NCBI GenBank assembly: GCA_965659445.1 | Contig: CBFHWX010000003.1 | Span: 1,272-65,271 of the forward strand | Length of the DNA stretch: 64,000 nt | Reading direction: 5' to 3' | From: Limisphaerales bacterium | GTDB lineage: Bacteria > Verrucomicrobiota > Verrucomicrobiia > Limisphaerales > UBA1100 | Notes under the pieces: model-generated | What the model was told of the DNA's origin: nothing | Seen by the model: only the letters and a program-made list of their open reading frames with translations | The model's database searches: none | Shown: positions 20,290-29,708 of the stretch, piece by piece | How the letters are laid out: every line of letters starts with the position of its first letter | Position numbering within the stretch: the stretch's first letter is position 1 | Position numbers and translations under genes: made by a program

Positions 20290-20670
20290 CTATTTCTCTA
20301 CCTGCAACAGAAACTCCTGAGAGAGCTGACTGTTGGCTTGGGGCACCGGGATGGCATTGAACTGCCAGTTTACCTTGATACGATAGCGCAGCTCATTGGC
20401 CTTGATGCCAATTGGCACGAGAGTTTCCCAACGGTTGGTGAGCAATTGAGTCCGCTTCATGGGGTAGGCATTGGTTCCGATCAGCACGACAGGCTTCACC
20501 GTTTCGCGGCGCAACGCAGTCTGGTTGCTTTGCCAGATCATTTCCACCGGATAAAAACCTGTATTACTGCGGGGCATCCGTTGAGGAGTAAGGTTAGTGA
20601 TGGTGGTTTGCACGCACCCCAAAAACAGGCTCACGCTCAACAAACATATTATACGGCTGATCTTCACCAT
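20290..20670 (-). CDS. Hypothetical lipoprotein
   Basis: MVKISRIICLLSVSLFLGC lipobox. No known domain. Confidence 0.45.
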   Translation of the reverse strand: MVKISRIICLLSVSLFLGCVQTTITNLTPQRMPRSNTGFYPVEMIWQSNQTALRRETVKPVVLIGTNAYPMKRTQLLTNRWETLVPIGIKANELRYRIKVNWQFNAIPVPQANSQLSQEFLLQVEK

Positions 20671-20793
20671 CGCGGAGTCGTCAGTCTCACACCTGTTCCA
20701 TAAATTGTAAAGTGTTTTGGGCAACCGACCGACCAAATTGGTTTGACCCCTTCACGCGCATCAGGTATGCCTCCGCCTTTCCGGAAACACATT

Positions 20794-23070
20794 ATGTTTG
20801 GCACTATTCGCAAGCATTCGCAGGCACTTTGGATTCCGATCATCATCGTGATCGTAATCAGCTTTGTCGTCTATTTCACCCCAGGCTTTGATCCGCTGGA
20901 TAACCGCGGCAGAGGACAGTCCGAGACGGATGAAGAGCTCAAATACGCCCGCCAGCAGGTTTTACTAGAACAAGCTATGGCCGCCCGTACTCGAGCGCTT
21001 TCCCAGCTGCAATACATGCCGCCAGAGAGCAGGAATCAGTTAATGCAGTATATTCCCGGCATGATTAACCAAGCCTTGAATGAAGTCTCTGGGCGAATGA
21101 GCCAAATGCCCCCAAGACACCTCATGGACTTATATCCTACAAACCAGCAGCAATACGTAGACCTTGATGATTATGAATCCCTCGATGATTATCCAGCACT
21201 CGACTATCAGGCTCAGGTACGAATGTTGCGCCTGCAAAAAGCTCACGACTTAGGCATCAGAGTGGGCCACGAAACAGCGGTGAAGCGCGTTGAAAATATG
21301 TTCTCTTCCAGCAACGTGTTCTCCCAGGTAAACTACACCAATTTTCTTTCCCAATTTGAAAGGAGCGGATTTCTGGCTCCCGGCGATGCAGGTAAGGAAC
21401 AATTCCGAGAGTTCATTCGGGAACGGATCGTAATGCGCCAGCTTGACGAGCTGATGACCCGCAGCAGCGGGTTATTTCCCGATAATGCCATAGAAGCATC
21501 CTTGATTGAGTCGAACAGAAAATACACCGCTCAGGCGGTCTTTTTCCCATCCAGCAACCACCTCTCCAGCGTCACAAATGCCATTGACTCCAACGGGACA
21601 CTCCTCATTAAACATTTCGACACTATGACCGATAGGTATCGCATCGAACCAAAGCGCAAAATCGGTTACGTGAAGATTTCCAGCGACCATTATCTGCAGC
21701 AGGCAATGGAGAAGATCAATTTCGCAACATTGGTAACGAACCGGATCAAGCTGCACCATAGTTCGACCAATGCAGCCGAATTTTTCACGGACACCAATAG
21801 TACCAAGAAACTGCCCGACGGCCCCGCGTTAATTGCTGCAGCCCGCGCGAAGGTGCGTGAAATGCAACAGGTCCCCATTAAAGATTCGATGCAAAAATCC
21901 GCCCAAAAGGAAGCCAGAGCGTTTTTTAGTCATATCTTCGAGAATCAGCCGGAAGGAGATTGGACCTTGACCCGTTTGAAACAGGAATCCGCAGCATGGA
22001 AAGGAGAAGACAAACAACCACTACACTATCAGGAAGCCAACGCATCCAGGTACGACACGAATTCAACTCTGCCAAAAAGTTTAGTGGATAGTATTTATGG
22101 TGGCCTCGATCCCCGAAACAGTGTGGATCCTTTTGCCTCCGCCGCGGAAGGAACCCTCTACCCGCGCCTCATTGAGGTTCCTGATAAAGGCTTTTACCTG
22201 ATTGGCCTTGCGGGAAACATTGCCGGCCGCCCAAGAAAATTTGAGGAACTCAATGACAAGGAAAAGGACGAGGTAAGAGAGAGTTTTGTTAATGAGGAGT
22301 CATCCCGACTGACCAAGGAAGGTGCCAATGATTTCAGGGAAGTCGTTGAGGAACTCATGAAAACCGGCCAGGCCTTTGCAGATGTGGTTAAAGATGAAAA
22401 CAGCACTCAACCGAGCGTGCTCCTGCCACCCATGAAGCTGGGCGGCACCAATCAAGTGACAGAGTTGAAAGGACTCGCCACGCTGCGCCAAATCCAAGAC
22501 GCCATCAGATCCAATCCTGATGAAGTAAAGCCGGGCTGGACTTCCCAATTCACCTCCGCGGTTAACGAAAAAAGTGATGGCTTCATCGTACACGTTTCCG
22601 CAGTGGAAGCTGGCGAGCCTCCGACGCCCACCGAGCTTCAAAGCGAAGCGAAAGAACAACGGGAGAATGTCCGCAATAATTCCTTCAACTGGCTGCAGTC
22701 AGATATGGAAGCACTCAACAAGGAACTTGCAACCGCCGCTTTACTCAATCGGTTAACAGATATCCCATATCAATACGGACAAGCCTCCAGCGAACTCAAG
22801 GAACTGAATACATTAATAAGCAACATCGAGTCAGGCAAAAGGAAGGAGGACGACGATGTTCCGTTACGTGAATTACAGAATGATCGGCAAAAGGTAGTGA
22901 CTCAACTGAACACATTAAAATTGATGAACACCAAAAGCCTACCCGCTCTTCTTAAAAAAGCGCATGATGAATATGTTTCATTAACTGGTGACAATGAAAA
23001 ATTCACAAAGAAAATCAAAACGGCTCTCGAGAAGGCAAAAAAGTTCGAAGCCGAGCTGAAAGCAGAATAG
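20794..23070 (+). CDS. PpiD-like periplasmic chaperone (SurA N-terminal domain type)
   Basis: The N-terminus MFGTIRKHSQALWIPIIIVIVISFVVYF matches the PpiD membrane-anchor pattern, followed by a long helical periplasmic part. A parvulin domain was not confirmed. Confidence 0.55.
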   Translation: MFGTIRKHSQALWIPIIIVIVISFVVYFTPGFDPLDNRGRGQSETDEELKYARQQVLLEQAMAARTRALSQLQYMPPESRNQLMQYIPGMINQALNEVSGRMSQMPPRHLMDLYPTNQQQYVDLDDYESLDDYPALDYQAQVRMLRLQKAHDLGIRVGHETAVKRVENMFSSSNVFSQVNYTNFLSQFERSGFLAPGDAGKEQFREFIRERIVMRQLDELMTRSSGLFPDNAIEASLIESNRKYTAQAVFFPSSNHLSSVTNAIDSNGTLLIKHFDTMTDRYRIEPKRKIGYVKISSDHYLQQAMEKINFATLVTNRIKLHHSSTNAAEFFTDTNSTKKLPDGPALIAAARAKVREMQQVPIKDSMQKSAQKEARAFFSHIFENQPEGDWTLTRLKQESAAWKGEDKQPLHYQEANASRYDTNSTLPKSLVDSIYGGLDPRNSVDPFASAAEGTLYPRLIEVPDKGFYLIGLAGNIAGRPRKFEELNDKEKDEVRESFVNEESSRLTKEGANDFREVVEELMKTGQAFADVVKDENSTQPSVLLPPMKLGGTNQVTELKGLATLRQIQDAIRSNPDEVKPGWTSQFTSAVNEKSDGFIVHVSAVEAGEPPTPTELQSEAKEQRENVRNNSFNWLQSDMEALNKELATAALLNRLTDIPYQYGQASSELKELNTLISNIESGKRKEDDDVPLRELQNDRQKVVTQLNTLKLMNTKSLPALLKKAHDEYVSLTGDNEKFTKKIKTALEKAKKFEAELKAE

Positions 23071-23107
23071 AAAAGAAAAAGGGAACGGACAGGAAAAACA
23101 AAAACCG

Positions 23108-23995
23108 TTAACCTTTGCTCTCCATCGCAGGCACGTCTTCCTCGATATCCTTCCGCGCCCTTCGAGGCAGCCACGGACGAATGAATCCGTACACCAGATA
23201 AATAATAAAGATCAGCGGTGCGGCAATTGGCAGTGCCTTACGGCCCAGCGTGAAAAGCAGCCCAATTCCGAGTGCCGCCATCACAAAAAAGAAAAACGAG
23301 CGCGAGCCGCGCAGATTCACCTTCTTGAAAGTCGGATACTTCACCTTGCTCACCATCATCACCGATAGAAACACCAGTAATACCGGCAGCGCAAATTTCC
23401 AGTTACCCTTCGAGAAATCACGCTCCTCAAGCCAAATCAGAAAATACGTGATGCTCGCCACCAAGCCCGCCGCAGCCGGGATGGGAAAACCGACAAATTC
23501 ACTTGTTTGATCCGTCTTCTTCTCCTTTTGCCGTTCGTCCTCCATGGCCGACAGGCAGTTGAATCGCGCCAGTCGCAGGGCACCACAAATCACATAAATC
23601 GAGGCAATAAACCAACCCAACTCCTGCATGTCTTCGTGAAATACATCCCTCAACACAATCCTGTGCACCAAAAAAGCCGGTACCAGCCCGAAGGACACAA
23701 TGTCTGCCAGCGAATCAAACTCCCGCCCAAACGGGCTCTCGTAGCCGCCCATCCGCGCCACGCGGCCGTCCAGTGCATCAAACACACAAGCTAATAGAAC
23801 CAACTCCAGCGCCCAGTAGATTTTCATCTGCGCCTCGGCAAAGGTGGTCTCGTCATATAGCGACGGCGCGCCCACAATAAACGTTAACGCCAGAAACCCG
23901 CAGAAGAGATTACCTGCCGTAAAGAGATTCGGCAGAAAATAAATTTTCAGTTCGCCACTGCTGTTCTTCGATTCACCCATCAGCGTCGCGCACAT
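23108..23995 (-). CDS. pssA: CDP-diacylglycerol--serine O-phosphatidyltransferase
   Basis: CDP-alcohol phosphatidyltransferase motif DALDGRVARMGGYESPFGREFDSLADIVSFG in a polytopic membrane protein. Confidence 0.9.
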   Translation of the reverse strand: MCATLMGESKNSSGELKIYFLPNLFTAGNLFCGFLALTFIVGAPSLYDETTFAEAQMKIYWALELVLLACVFDALDGRVARMGGYESPFGREFDSLADIVSFGLVPAFLVHRIVLRDVFHEDMQELGWFIASIYVICGALRLARFNCLSAMEDERQKEKKTDQTSEFVGFPIPAAAGLVASITYFLIWLEERDFSKGNWKFALPVLLVFLSVMMVSKVKYPTFKKVNLRGSRSFFFFVMAALGIGLLFTLGRKALPIAAPLIFIIYLVYGFIRPWLPRRARKDIEEDVPAMESKG

Positions 23996-24101
23996 TACGC
24001 CAAAATCTCCGCCAACAAAAGCCGATAATCCAAGCTCTATTTTCCATCAACTCCTGCATCTTCAAATTTCTTTTATTTGCCTGTGGGCACAACACGGCTA
24101 G

Positions 24102-24269
24102 ATTGCGCAAGTGAGTAATATAGTTTATGATGTCGTCGTCAAGCTGGACGCCACTGTCAAACAACTAACAGAGATTATCTTTGCCTATCCAACATTGAGT
24201 GAGTCGATATTCGAGGTAACTGAAGGTATTTTTGGCCAATCTGTACATTTGCCTAAAGCCTATAACTAA
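24102..24269 (+). pseudogene. C-terminal relic of a dihydrolipoyl dehydrogenase-type flavoprotein disulfide reductase
   Basis: A 55-codon frame, ...LDATVKQLTEIIFAYPTLSESIFEVTEGIFGQSVHLPKAYN*, matches the dimerisation-domain end (HAHPTLSE...) of Lpd-like enzymes. A stop lies immediately upstream and there is no N-terminal part. Confidence 0.45.
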
Positions 24270-24278
24270 TCCTGATAC

Positions 24279-24818
24279 ATGAGCCGGAACATTGTCTATT
24301 TTGATTTGGAAACGCAGAAGTCCGCGAGTGATGTCGGTGGCTGGAATCACATCGATCAAATGGGCATGAGTGTTGGTGTGACTTATAGCACAGCTCGCAG
24401 CGATTACGTGGTGTATGGAGAGGGGCAAGTGGAGGAATTGATCAAGGAACTTCAGCGCGCCGATCTCGTGGTGGGCTTCAACCAAATCCGATTTGACTAC
24501 AAGGTGCTGGAGGGCTACTCGATTTTTGATTTCAGCCAAGTGCCTTCGCTCGACATGTTGGTGGAACTGGACAAGATACTGGGCCACAAGCTGCCTTTGG
24601 ATTCCATTGCCCAAGCCACGTTGGGCTGCGAGAAAACCGCCGAGGGTTTACAGGCTATTGATTGGTTTCGTGAAGGCAAGATGGCTGAGATCGCTGAATA
24701 CTGCCTGTTCGACGTGAAGATTACGAAACTCGTCCACGAATATGGCGCCGCCCACGGGCACCTTTTTTATACTAATAAGTATGGAAAAAACAAATTGAAG
24801 GTGGAAGTAAACTGGTAA
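24279..24818 (+). CDS. DEDD-type 3'-5' exonuclease (RNase H-like fold)
   Basis: Exo motifs IVYFDLETQ, VGFNQIRFDYKVL and YCLFDVKIT. 179 aa. Confidence 0.7.
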   Translation: MSRNIVYFDLETQKSASDVGGWNHIDQMGMSVGVTYSTARSDYVVYGEGQVEELIKELQRADLVVGFNQIRFDYKVLEGYSIFDFSQVPSLDMLVELDKILGHKLPLDSIAQATLGCEKTAEGLQAIDWFREGKMAEIAEYCLFDVKITKLVHEYGAAHGHLFYTNKYGKNKLKVEVNW

Positions 24819-25997
24819 TCATAGCGCCGCCGCAATGCCCTCGGCAAGTTTCTGGCGGTACGCTTTCTGGTCAATCTTCTGCGCCTCGGTGGGATTGGAA
24901 AGGTAACCGCCCTCCACGAGAATGGCCGGACGTTTCTGGCCCTTGATCACCGACATGAACCGCACGCGCCGCACCCCACGGTCAGTCATGCGGCATTTCA
25001 GCAGCACTTGATTGTGAACGCGCGCGGCGAGTTGAAAGCTCGCAGCGTCCCACGGATTGTTGGGCAGCTTGGAACCAACGGGATCGGGATTGCCTCGTGT
25101 GAAATGCGAGGGCATGCCGACGGGAGCAATGCAGTAGGTTTCCAAACCGCGCACCGGCCGCGATGCGGCATTGAGATGCAGGCTGATAAACAAGGACGCT
25201 TTCACCTTGTCAGCAAACTTCACGCGCTCGGTCAAAGATATGCTTTTATCCCCTGTTCGAGTGAGAAAAACCCGCCAACCTTTCCGTTCCAGCAACGGCT
25301 TAAGCCGCAGTGCCCAATCCAGCACATAATCTTTTTCGTACGCTTTGTTGTACACACTGCGTGTCCCTTGGTTATCCTTGCCGTGACCAGCATCAATCAC
25401 CGCGATGCGTCCTAAGCCGGGCATACCAGCCGCCAACGGAGCAAGGTGTTTCTTGATGTCAAGATTGTGCACGAATAGATTGCCACCAATCATTTCCGGC
25501 CCAAAGCCCATCCAGATTTGCATGCCTTGACAGGTCATAAGTCGGCGTTTGGGCAGCAAATCAAAACGCATACCGGAGACAACGAGCCGATGAATCGTGT
25601 GGTTGCCCTTCTGAATGCGGCCATACCAGCCTTTGTGCAATTCACCCCAACGCTCGAGTGACACCCACTCAGTACCGTTTACCTTTTTACTGTAGGACGG
25701 AGGCTTAGTTTTGGAGACGATTAACTTTTCACCGGGCAACACTATGGGCTGCGATTGCATTGGAATGTAGCGAGACGGCTCCGCAGGCGTGGTAAACTTT
25801 GGCGACGCTGGAGGAATGTATCTGGGTGAGATCGCCCTTGCCACGCGAGTATCCGGAGTCGTCCGAGATGACTGTGAACCGTTTCCAGAAGGTTGAGCAT
25901 GGTAAATTTTTGGCGAATGCGTCGAGGACGTCGATTGGCATGACGTCAAACCCATTCCCACGATCAATACGGCAGAAGCCAGATTTCGTTTGGTCAT
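24819..25997 (-). CDS. N-acetylmuramoyl-L-alanine amidase (Amidase_3, AmiC-like) lipoprotein
   Basis: IAVIDAGHGKDNQG...FISLHLNAA...ETY motifs. Signal peptide with GLTSC. AAGGAGG lies 5 nt upstream of ATG 25997. Confidence 0.9.
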   Translation of the reverse strand: MTKRNLASAVLIVGMGLTSCQSTSSTHSPKIYHAQPSGNGSQSSRTTPDTRVARAISPRYIPPASPKFTTPAEPSRYIPMQSQPIVLPGEKLIVSKTKPPSYSKKVNGTEWVSLERWGELHKGWYGRIQKGNHTIHRLVVSGMRFDLLPKRRLMTCQGMQIWMGFGPEMIGGNLFVHNLDIKKHLAPLAAGMPGLGRIAVIDAGHGKDNQGTRSVYNKAYEKDYVLDWALRLKPLLERKGWRVFLTRTGDKSISLTERVKFADKVKASLFISLHLNAASRPVRGLETYCIAPVGMPSHFTRGNPDPVGSKLPNNPWDAASFQLAARVHNQVLLKCRMTDRGVRRVRFMSVIKGQKRPAILVEGGYLSNPTEAQKIDQKAYRQKLAEGIAAAL

Positions 25998-26032
25998 TTG
26001 CACCTCCTTACAGCGTTAGAAAAAACGCAAAA

Positions 26033-26695
26033 ATGCGGGGGGTACCCTATGCACTATTTCATCAACTGTCGAGGTTATTCACAAATGTGAGTAAACTTCT
26101 TGCCAAGAAACCCCTGAAAAAACCATGCTTTGCACCCGTGAGAATCCTTGTGGCCATCACCGGCGCCAGCGGCGCAATTTACACCCAGCGACTGCTGGAC
26201 CGACTGGATCCTACTGAGCACGAGGTGCACGTCATTACCAGTAGTTACGCGAAAATCATCCTCAAAGAAGAGGTGCCTGACGGCCTGCGCCTCGCCGAGG
26301 GCGTGCAGCTCCATGCAGCCAAGAGCATGAATGTGCCCTTCGCCAGCGGCTCCAATGCCTTCGATGTGATGGTCATTTTGCCCTGCACCATGGGTACACT
26401 GGGCCGCATTGCCCACGGCTTCAGTGAGGATGCACTCCTGCGAGCCGCCGATGTGATGCTCAAGGAAAATAAAAAACTCATCCTCTGCCCGCGTGAAACT
26501 CCGCTTAGCCTTGTACACGTGAAAAACATGGAACTGCTCCTGCAAGCAGGAGCCATTATGTTGCCCCCAAATCCGTATTTTTATTCCGGCGCCAAAACTC
26601 TGGAGGAATTGGCCGACACCGTCGTTGCGCGCGTGCTGGACCATATTGGCGTCGACCATGATATCTCCCCGCGCTGGCCCGAGGAACGGGACTGA
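26033..26695 (+). CDS. ubiX: Flavin prenyltransferase UbiX (MqnL-like)
   Basis: RILVAITGASGAIY...ILPCTMGTLGRIAHG. A GTG at 26138 would give a canonical protein of about 185 aa, so the start is uncertain. Confidence 0.85.
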   Translation: MRGVPYALFHQLSRLFTNVSKLLAKKPLKKPCFAPVRILVAITGASGAIYTQRLLDRLDPTEHEVHVITSSYAKIILKEEVPDGLRLAEGVQLHAAKSMNVPFASGSNAFDVMVILPCTMGTLGRIAHGFSEDALLRAADVMLKENKKLILCPRETPLSLVHVKNMELLLQAGAIMLPPNPYFYSGAKTLEELADTVVARVLDHIGVDHDISPRWPEERD

Positions 26696-26713
26696 CTTGT
26701 CATTTACTCGCGC

Positions 26714-27772
26714 ATGGCGCAGCTTCTCTCCGTGTCGCGAAAAGACGAATCACAGAAAACTGATAAACCCTCACTGCTTCGCAATTGGGGTGAGTTCGTC
26801 AAGTTCTCGCACACTATCTTTGCCATGCCCTTTGCCCTCGCGGCCACTGTGCTTGCCGCACGCGCCGGATATGCCGTGTTGGATCCGAAAATACAGGAAG
26901 CGCAACCGTACATGAAGTTCGGCTGGCCTGGCTGGAAAATCTTCAGTCTCATTGTCGTCGCCATGATTACCGCTCGCACCTGCGCCATGGCCTTCAACCG
27001 CATTGTCGACCGGAAATATGATGCGCTCAACCCGCGCACCAAGGATCGGCATCTGCCGGCCAAGAAAATCTCACTCACCAGCGCCTGGACTTTGTGTTTT
27101 CTAAGCGCCCTGATTTTTGTAGGCACCACCTACGGCATTGACATGGTGCGCGATGTGCATCAGGGCCGGCTAGTGTGTTTCATTCTCTCGCCCGTGGCAC
27201 TGGTGTTCATTCTTGGTTACTCGCTGACCAAGCGGTTCACGGATTTCACGCATGTTTTCCTCGGCATAGCACTGGCAATCGCCCCGGTCGGTGCTTGGCT
27301 TGCGGTGAATGGCTCATTCAATTTTTGGCCAGACATTGACGACCCCATCCGCCACAGCGCCCTGTTGCCCACCCTCATGGCGATGATCGTGGTGCTGTGG
27401 CTCATTGGCTTTGATATCATCTATGCCATTCAGGATTTTGAGTTCGACCGCGACCACAAGCTACATTCACTAGTAGTCCGCTGGGGTCCCAATAACGCTC
27501 TCACTGCTTCCCTGCTGATGCACATGCTGATGATCGCTTTGCTGGTACTCTTCGGCCTGTTCGCGGCCTTCAAGATGTCTTATTGGATTGGCATGACCAT
27601 CATCTCCGCATGCTTGCTGTTCGAGCACTGGATAGCCCGCAAGCGAAGTCTCAACTGGGTGCAACGCGCCTTTTTCACCCTCAACGGTGTCATCAGTATG
27701 GTGTTCCTCGTGATGGTGATTTCCGAGGTGAGTCTTGTGCCCCGGTTTGTTTCCTTCCGCTTGAGTTGGTGA
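26714..27772 (+). CDS. UbiA-family aromatic prenyltransferase (MqnP-like)
   Basis: Polytopic protein with the NRIVDRKYDALNPRTKDRHLP Asp-rich motif and a second D-rich motif (IQDFEFD). It lies between ubiX and the mqn genes. Confidence 0.85.
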   Translation: MAQLLSVSRKDESQKTDKPSLLRNWGEFVKFSHTIFAMPFALAATVLAARAGYAVLDPKIQEAQPYMKFGWPGWKIFSLIVVAMITARTCAMAFNRIVDRKYDALNPRTKDRHLPAKKISLTSAWTLCFLSALIFVGTTYGIDMVRDVHQGRLVCFILSPVALVFILGYSLTKRFTDFTHVFLGIALAIAPVGAWLAVNGSFNFWPDIDDPIRHSALLPTLMAMIVVLWLIGFDIIYAIQDFEFDRDHKLHSLVVRWGPNNALTASLLMHMLMIALLVLFGLFAAFKMSYWIGMTIISACLLFEHWIARKRSLNWVQRAFFTLNGVISMVFLVMVISEVSLVPRFVSFRLSW

Positions 27773-28938
27773 TGGATTTCATTCTTCAACAGAGCGAGCT
27801 GGCCGACCTTGCTGAGAAGGTCGAGGCAGGCACGCGGCTCGAGGCTAACGATGCCCTGCGCCTTTATCAGTGCCCTGATCTCAATGCCGTGGGTCGTTTG
27901 GCGAGCATCGCCACCGAGCACAAGGTGGGCAACCGCGCCAGCTACATCGTCAATCGTTACCTCAATTACTCCAACTACTGCATCCTCTCCTGCCAGTTCT
28001 GCAGCTTTGCTCGCAAGAAACGTGATGGTGACGGCTTCGAACACACTGTTGAAGAAATGGTCACCAAGGCTCAGGAAGCTCTCGCGCTTGGCATTACCGA
28101 ACTGCACATCGTCGGCGGACTGCATCCCTCACTGCCCTTTAGTTATTACACGGACCTGCTCCGCGCACTGAAAGCTGTGGACGACAACCTGCAACTTAAA
28201 TGCTTCACCGCCGTGGAGATTTACCACCTCGCACGTCTCAGCAAACAAACCATGCCTGAATTGCTCGCCATCTTAAAGGAAGCCGGGCTCGATTCATTGA
28301 CTGGCGGTGGGGCAGAGATTTTTCAACAAGACGTGCGCGACGCCATTGCCAAAGGTAAGGAAACGGCCAGCGAATACCTCGAGGCCCATCGCGCGTGGCA
28401 TCAGCTCGGGAGTCGCAGCACCTGCACCATGCTCTTTGGCCATGTGGAAACCATCGAGAATCGTATCGATCACCTGCGTCAGTTGCGCGAATTGCAGGAT
28501 GAGACGGGCGGCTTCACCGGGTTCATTCCCCTCCCCTACCAACCCGAAAATAACGCCATACCAGTGACACATCCACCCACCGGCAACGACGCCCTGCGCA
28601 CCATCGCCGTGAGCCGGTTGTTTCTCGATAACTTTGACCACATCACTGCCTACTGGGTGGGACTGGGCATGAAGCTCGCACAAGTGGCCTTAAGCTACGG
28701 GGCTGATGATTTGCACGGCACCATTGTTGAGGAACACATCTTCCGCATGGCCGGCGCGAACACACCGCAATTCCAGCCAGAAGCCGCACTGGTCAAAGCC
28801 ATCCGCGAAACCGGCCGTGCGCCTGTGCAGAGAAACACGTTTTATGAGTCCGTACGTGAATGGACCGATGACACGCCTGATGCGCCGAGCGATTCCGCTC
28901 CCCCGAATATTCTGGATGACAATTTGGCAACCGCATGA
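27772..28938 (+). CDS. mqnE: Radical SAM aminofutalosine synthase (MqnE-type)
   Basis: YIVNRYLNYSNYCILSCQFCSFARK cluster motif and a CofH/MqnE-like body. The ATG overlaps the upstream stop (TGATG). The MqnE versus MqnC assignment is from remembered N-terminal patterns. Confidence 0.75.
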   Translation: MDFILQQSELADLAEKVEAGTRLEANDALRLYQCPDLNAVGRLASIATEHKVGNRASYIVNRYLNYSNYCILSCQFCSFARKKRDGDGFEHTVEEMVTKAQEALALGITELHIVGGLHPSLPFSYYTDLLRALKAVDDNLQLKCFTAVEIYHLARLSKQTMPELLAILKEAGLDSLTGGGAEIFQQDVRDAIAKGKETASEYLEAHRAWHQLGSRSTCTMLFGHVETIENRIDHLRQLRELQDETGGFTGFIPLPYQPENNAIPVTHPPTGNDALRTIAVSRLFLDNFDHITAYWVGLGMKLAQVALSYGADDLHGTIVEEHIFRMAGANTPQFQPEAALVKAIRETGRAPVQRNTFYESVREWTDDTPDAPSDSAPPNILDDNLATA

Positions 28939-29699
28939 GTAAGCAGAGTGCCAATCGCATTGGCTCGGTGCCCTATCTCAATTCCGTGCCGTTAACTCAC
29001 GGCATTGAGAAGGAGACCTCGTTTGTGGTCCCATCAAAACTGGCTGAGCAATTGCGCGCGGGTGAATTGGATGCGGCACTGGTCAGCATCACGGAGGTAT
29101 TATTTCACAAGGGATACGATCTGCTCGATGGCGTGGCGGTCGCTTCACACGGGCCGGTGAAAAGCGTCTTCCTCGCGCATCGTCAACCGCTGGAGGAAAT
29201 CCAGACCATCCACTGCGATATCGCCAGCCTCACCAGTGTGAACCTCCTGCGTGTGCTCCTGGCCGAGCGTGGCCTTGTGCCCACTTTCAAGCCGTTGGCC
29301 GACTACTCCCAAGCTGCCGCACTGGAAAACGTGCTACTCATTGGCAACCCCGGCATTGATTTTCTGCGTGCCACGCACGAACACGCAATCTGGGATCTTG
29401 GCGCTGCATGGCATGAGTGGACAGGCCTGCCCTTCGTCTATGCGGCCTGGGCTTTGCGACGAGGTCATCATGATGAATCCCTCCGCGCCAAGCTCCTCGC
29501 CGCCAAGGAAAACGGTCTGGCAAACCTCGTTCAAATTATCGCCGAGCATCCCGATTACGACGCCGAGTTCCGCGAAGCCTACCTTGGTGGCCACATCCGT
29601 TACGACTTGGGTGAGGCCGAAAAGGTCGGCCTTAACAAATTCGTCGAGTTACTGAAAACCCAAGGCGATGAGCCAGTGTTCGAGCCAGCTTTCGTGTAA
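28935..29699 (+). CDS. mqnA: Chorismate dehydratase MqnA
   Basis: IGSVPYLNSVPLTHG N-terminus on a periplasmic-binding-protein-like fold. ATGA overlap with mqnE. Confidence 0.85.
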   Translation: MSKQSANRIGSVPYLNSVPLTHGIEKETSFVVPSKLAEQLRAGELDAALVSITEVLFHKGYDLLDGVAVASHGPVKSVFLAHRQPLEEIQTIHCDIASLTSVNLLRVLLAERGLVPTFKPLADYSQAAALENVLLIGNPGIDFLRATHEHAIWDLGAAWHEWTGLPFVYAAWALRRGHHDESLRAKLLAAKENGLANLVQIIAEHPDYDAEFREAYLGGHIRYDLGEAEKVGLNKFVELLKTQGDEPVFEPAFV

Positions 29700-29708
29700 G
29701 TTTGCCGT

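Noticed and set aside
24165-24614. 149-aa minus-strand ORF
   Set aside because: It is antisense to the DEDD exonuclease gene, which carries the three Exo motifs. It also overlaps the flavoprotein relic.
25799-26032. 5' extension of the ubiX ORF (the track ORF starts at 25799)
   Set aside because: The extension overlaps the amidase coding region and its SD/ATG on the opposite strand. UbiX homology only begins near 26138.
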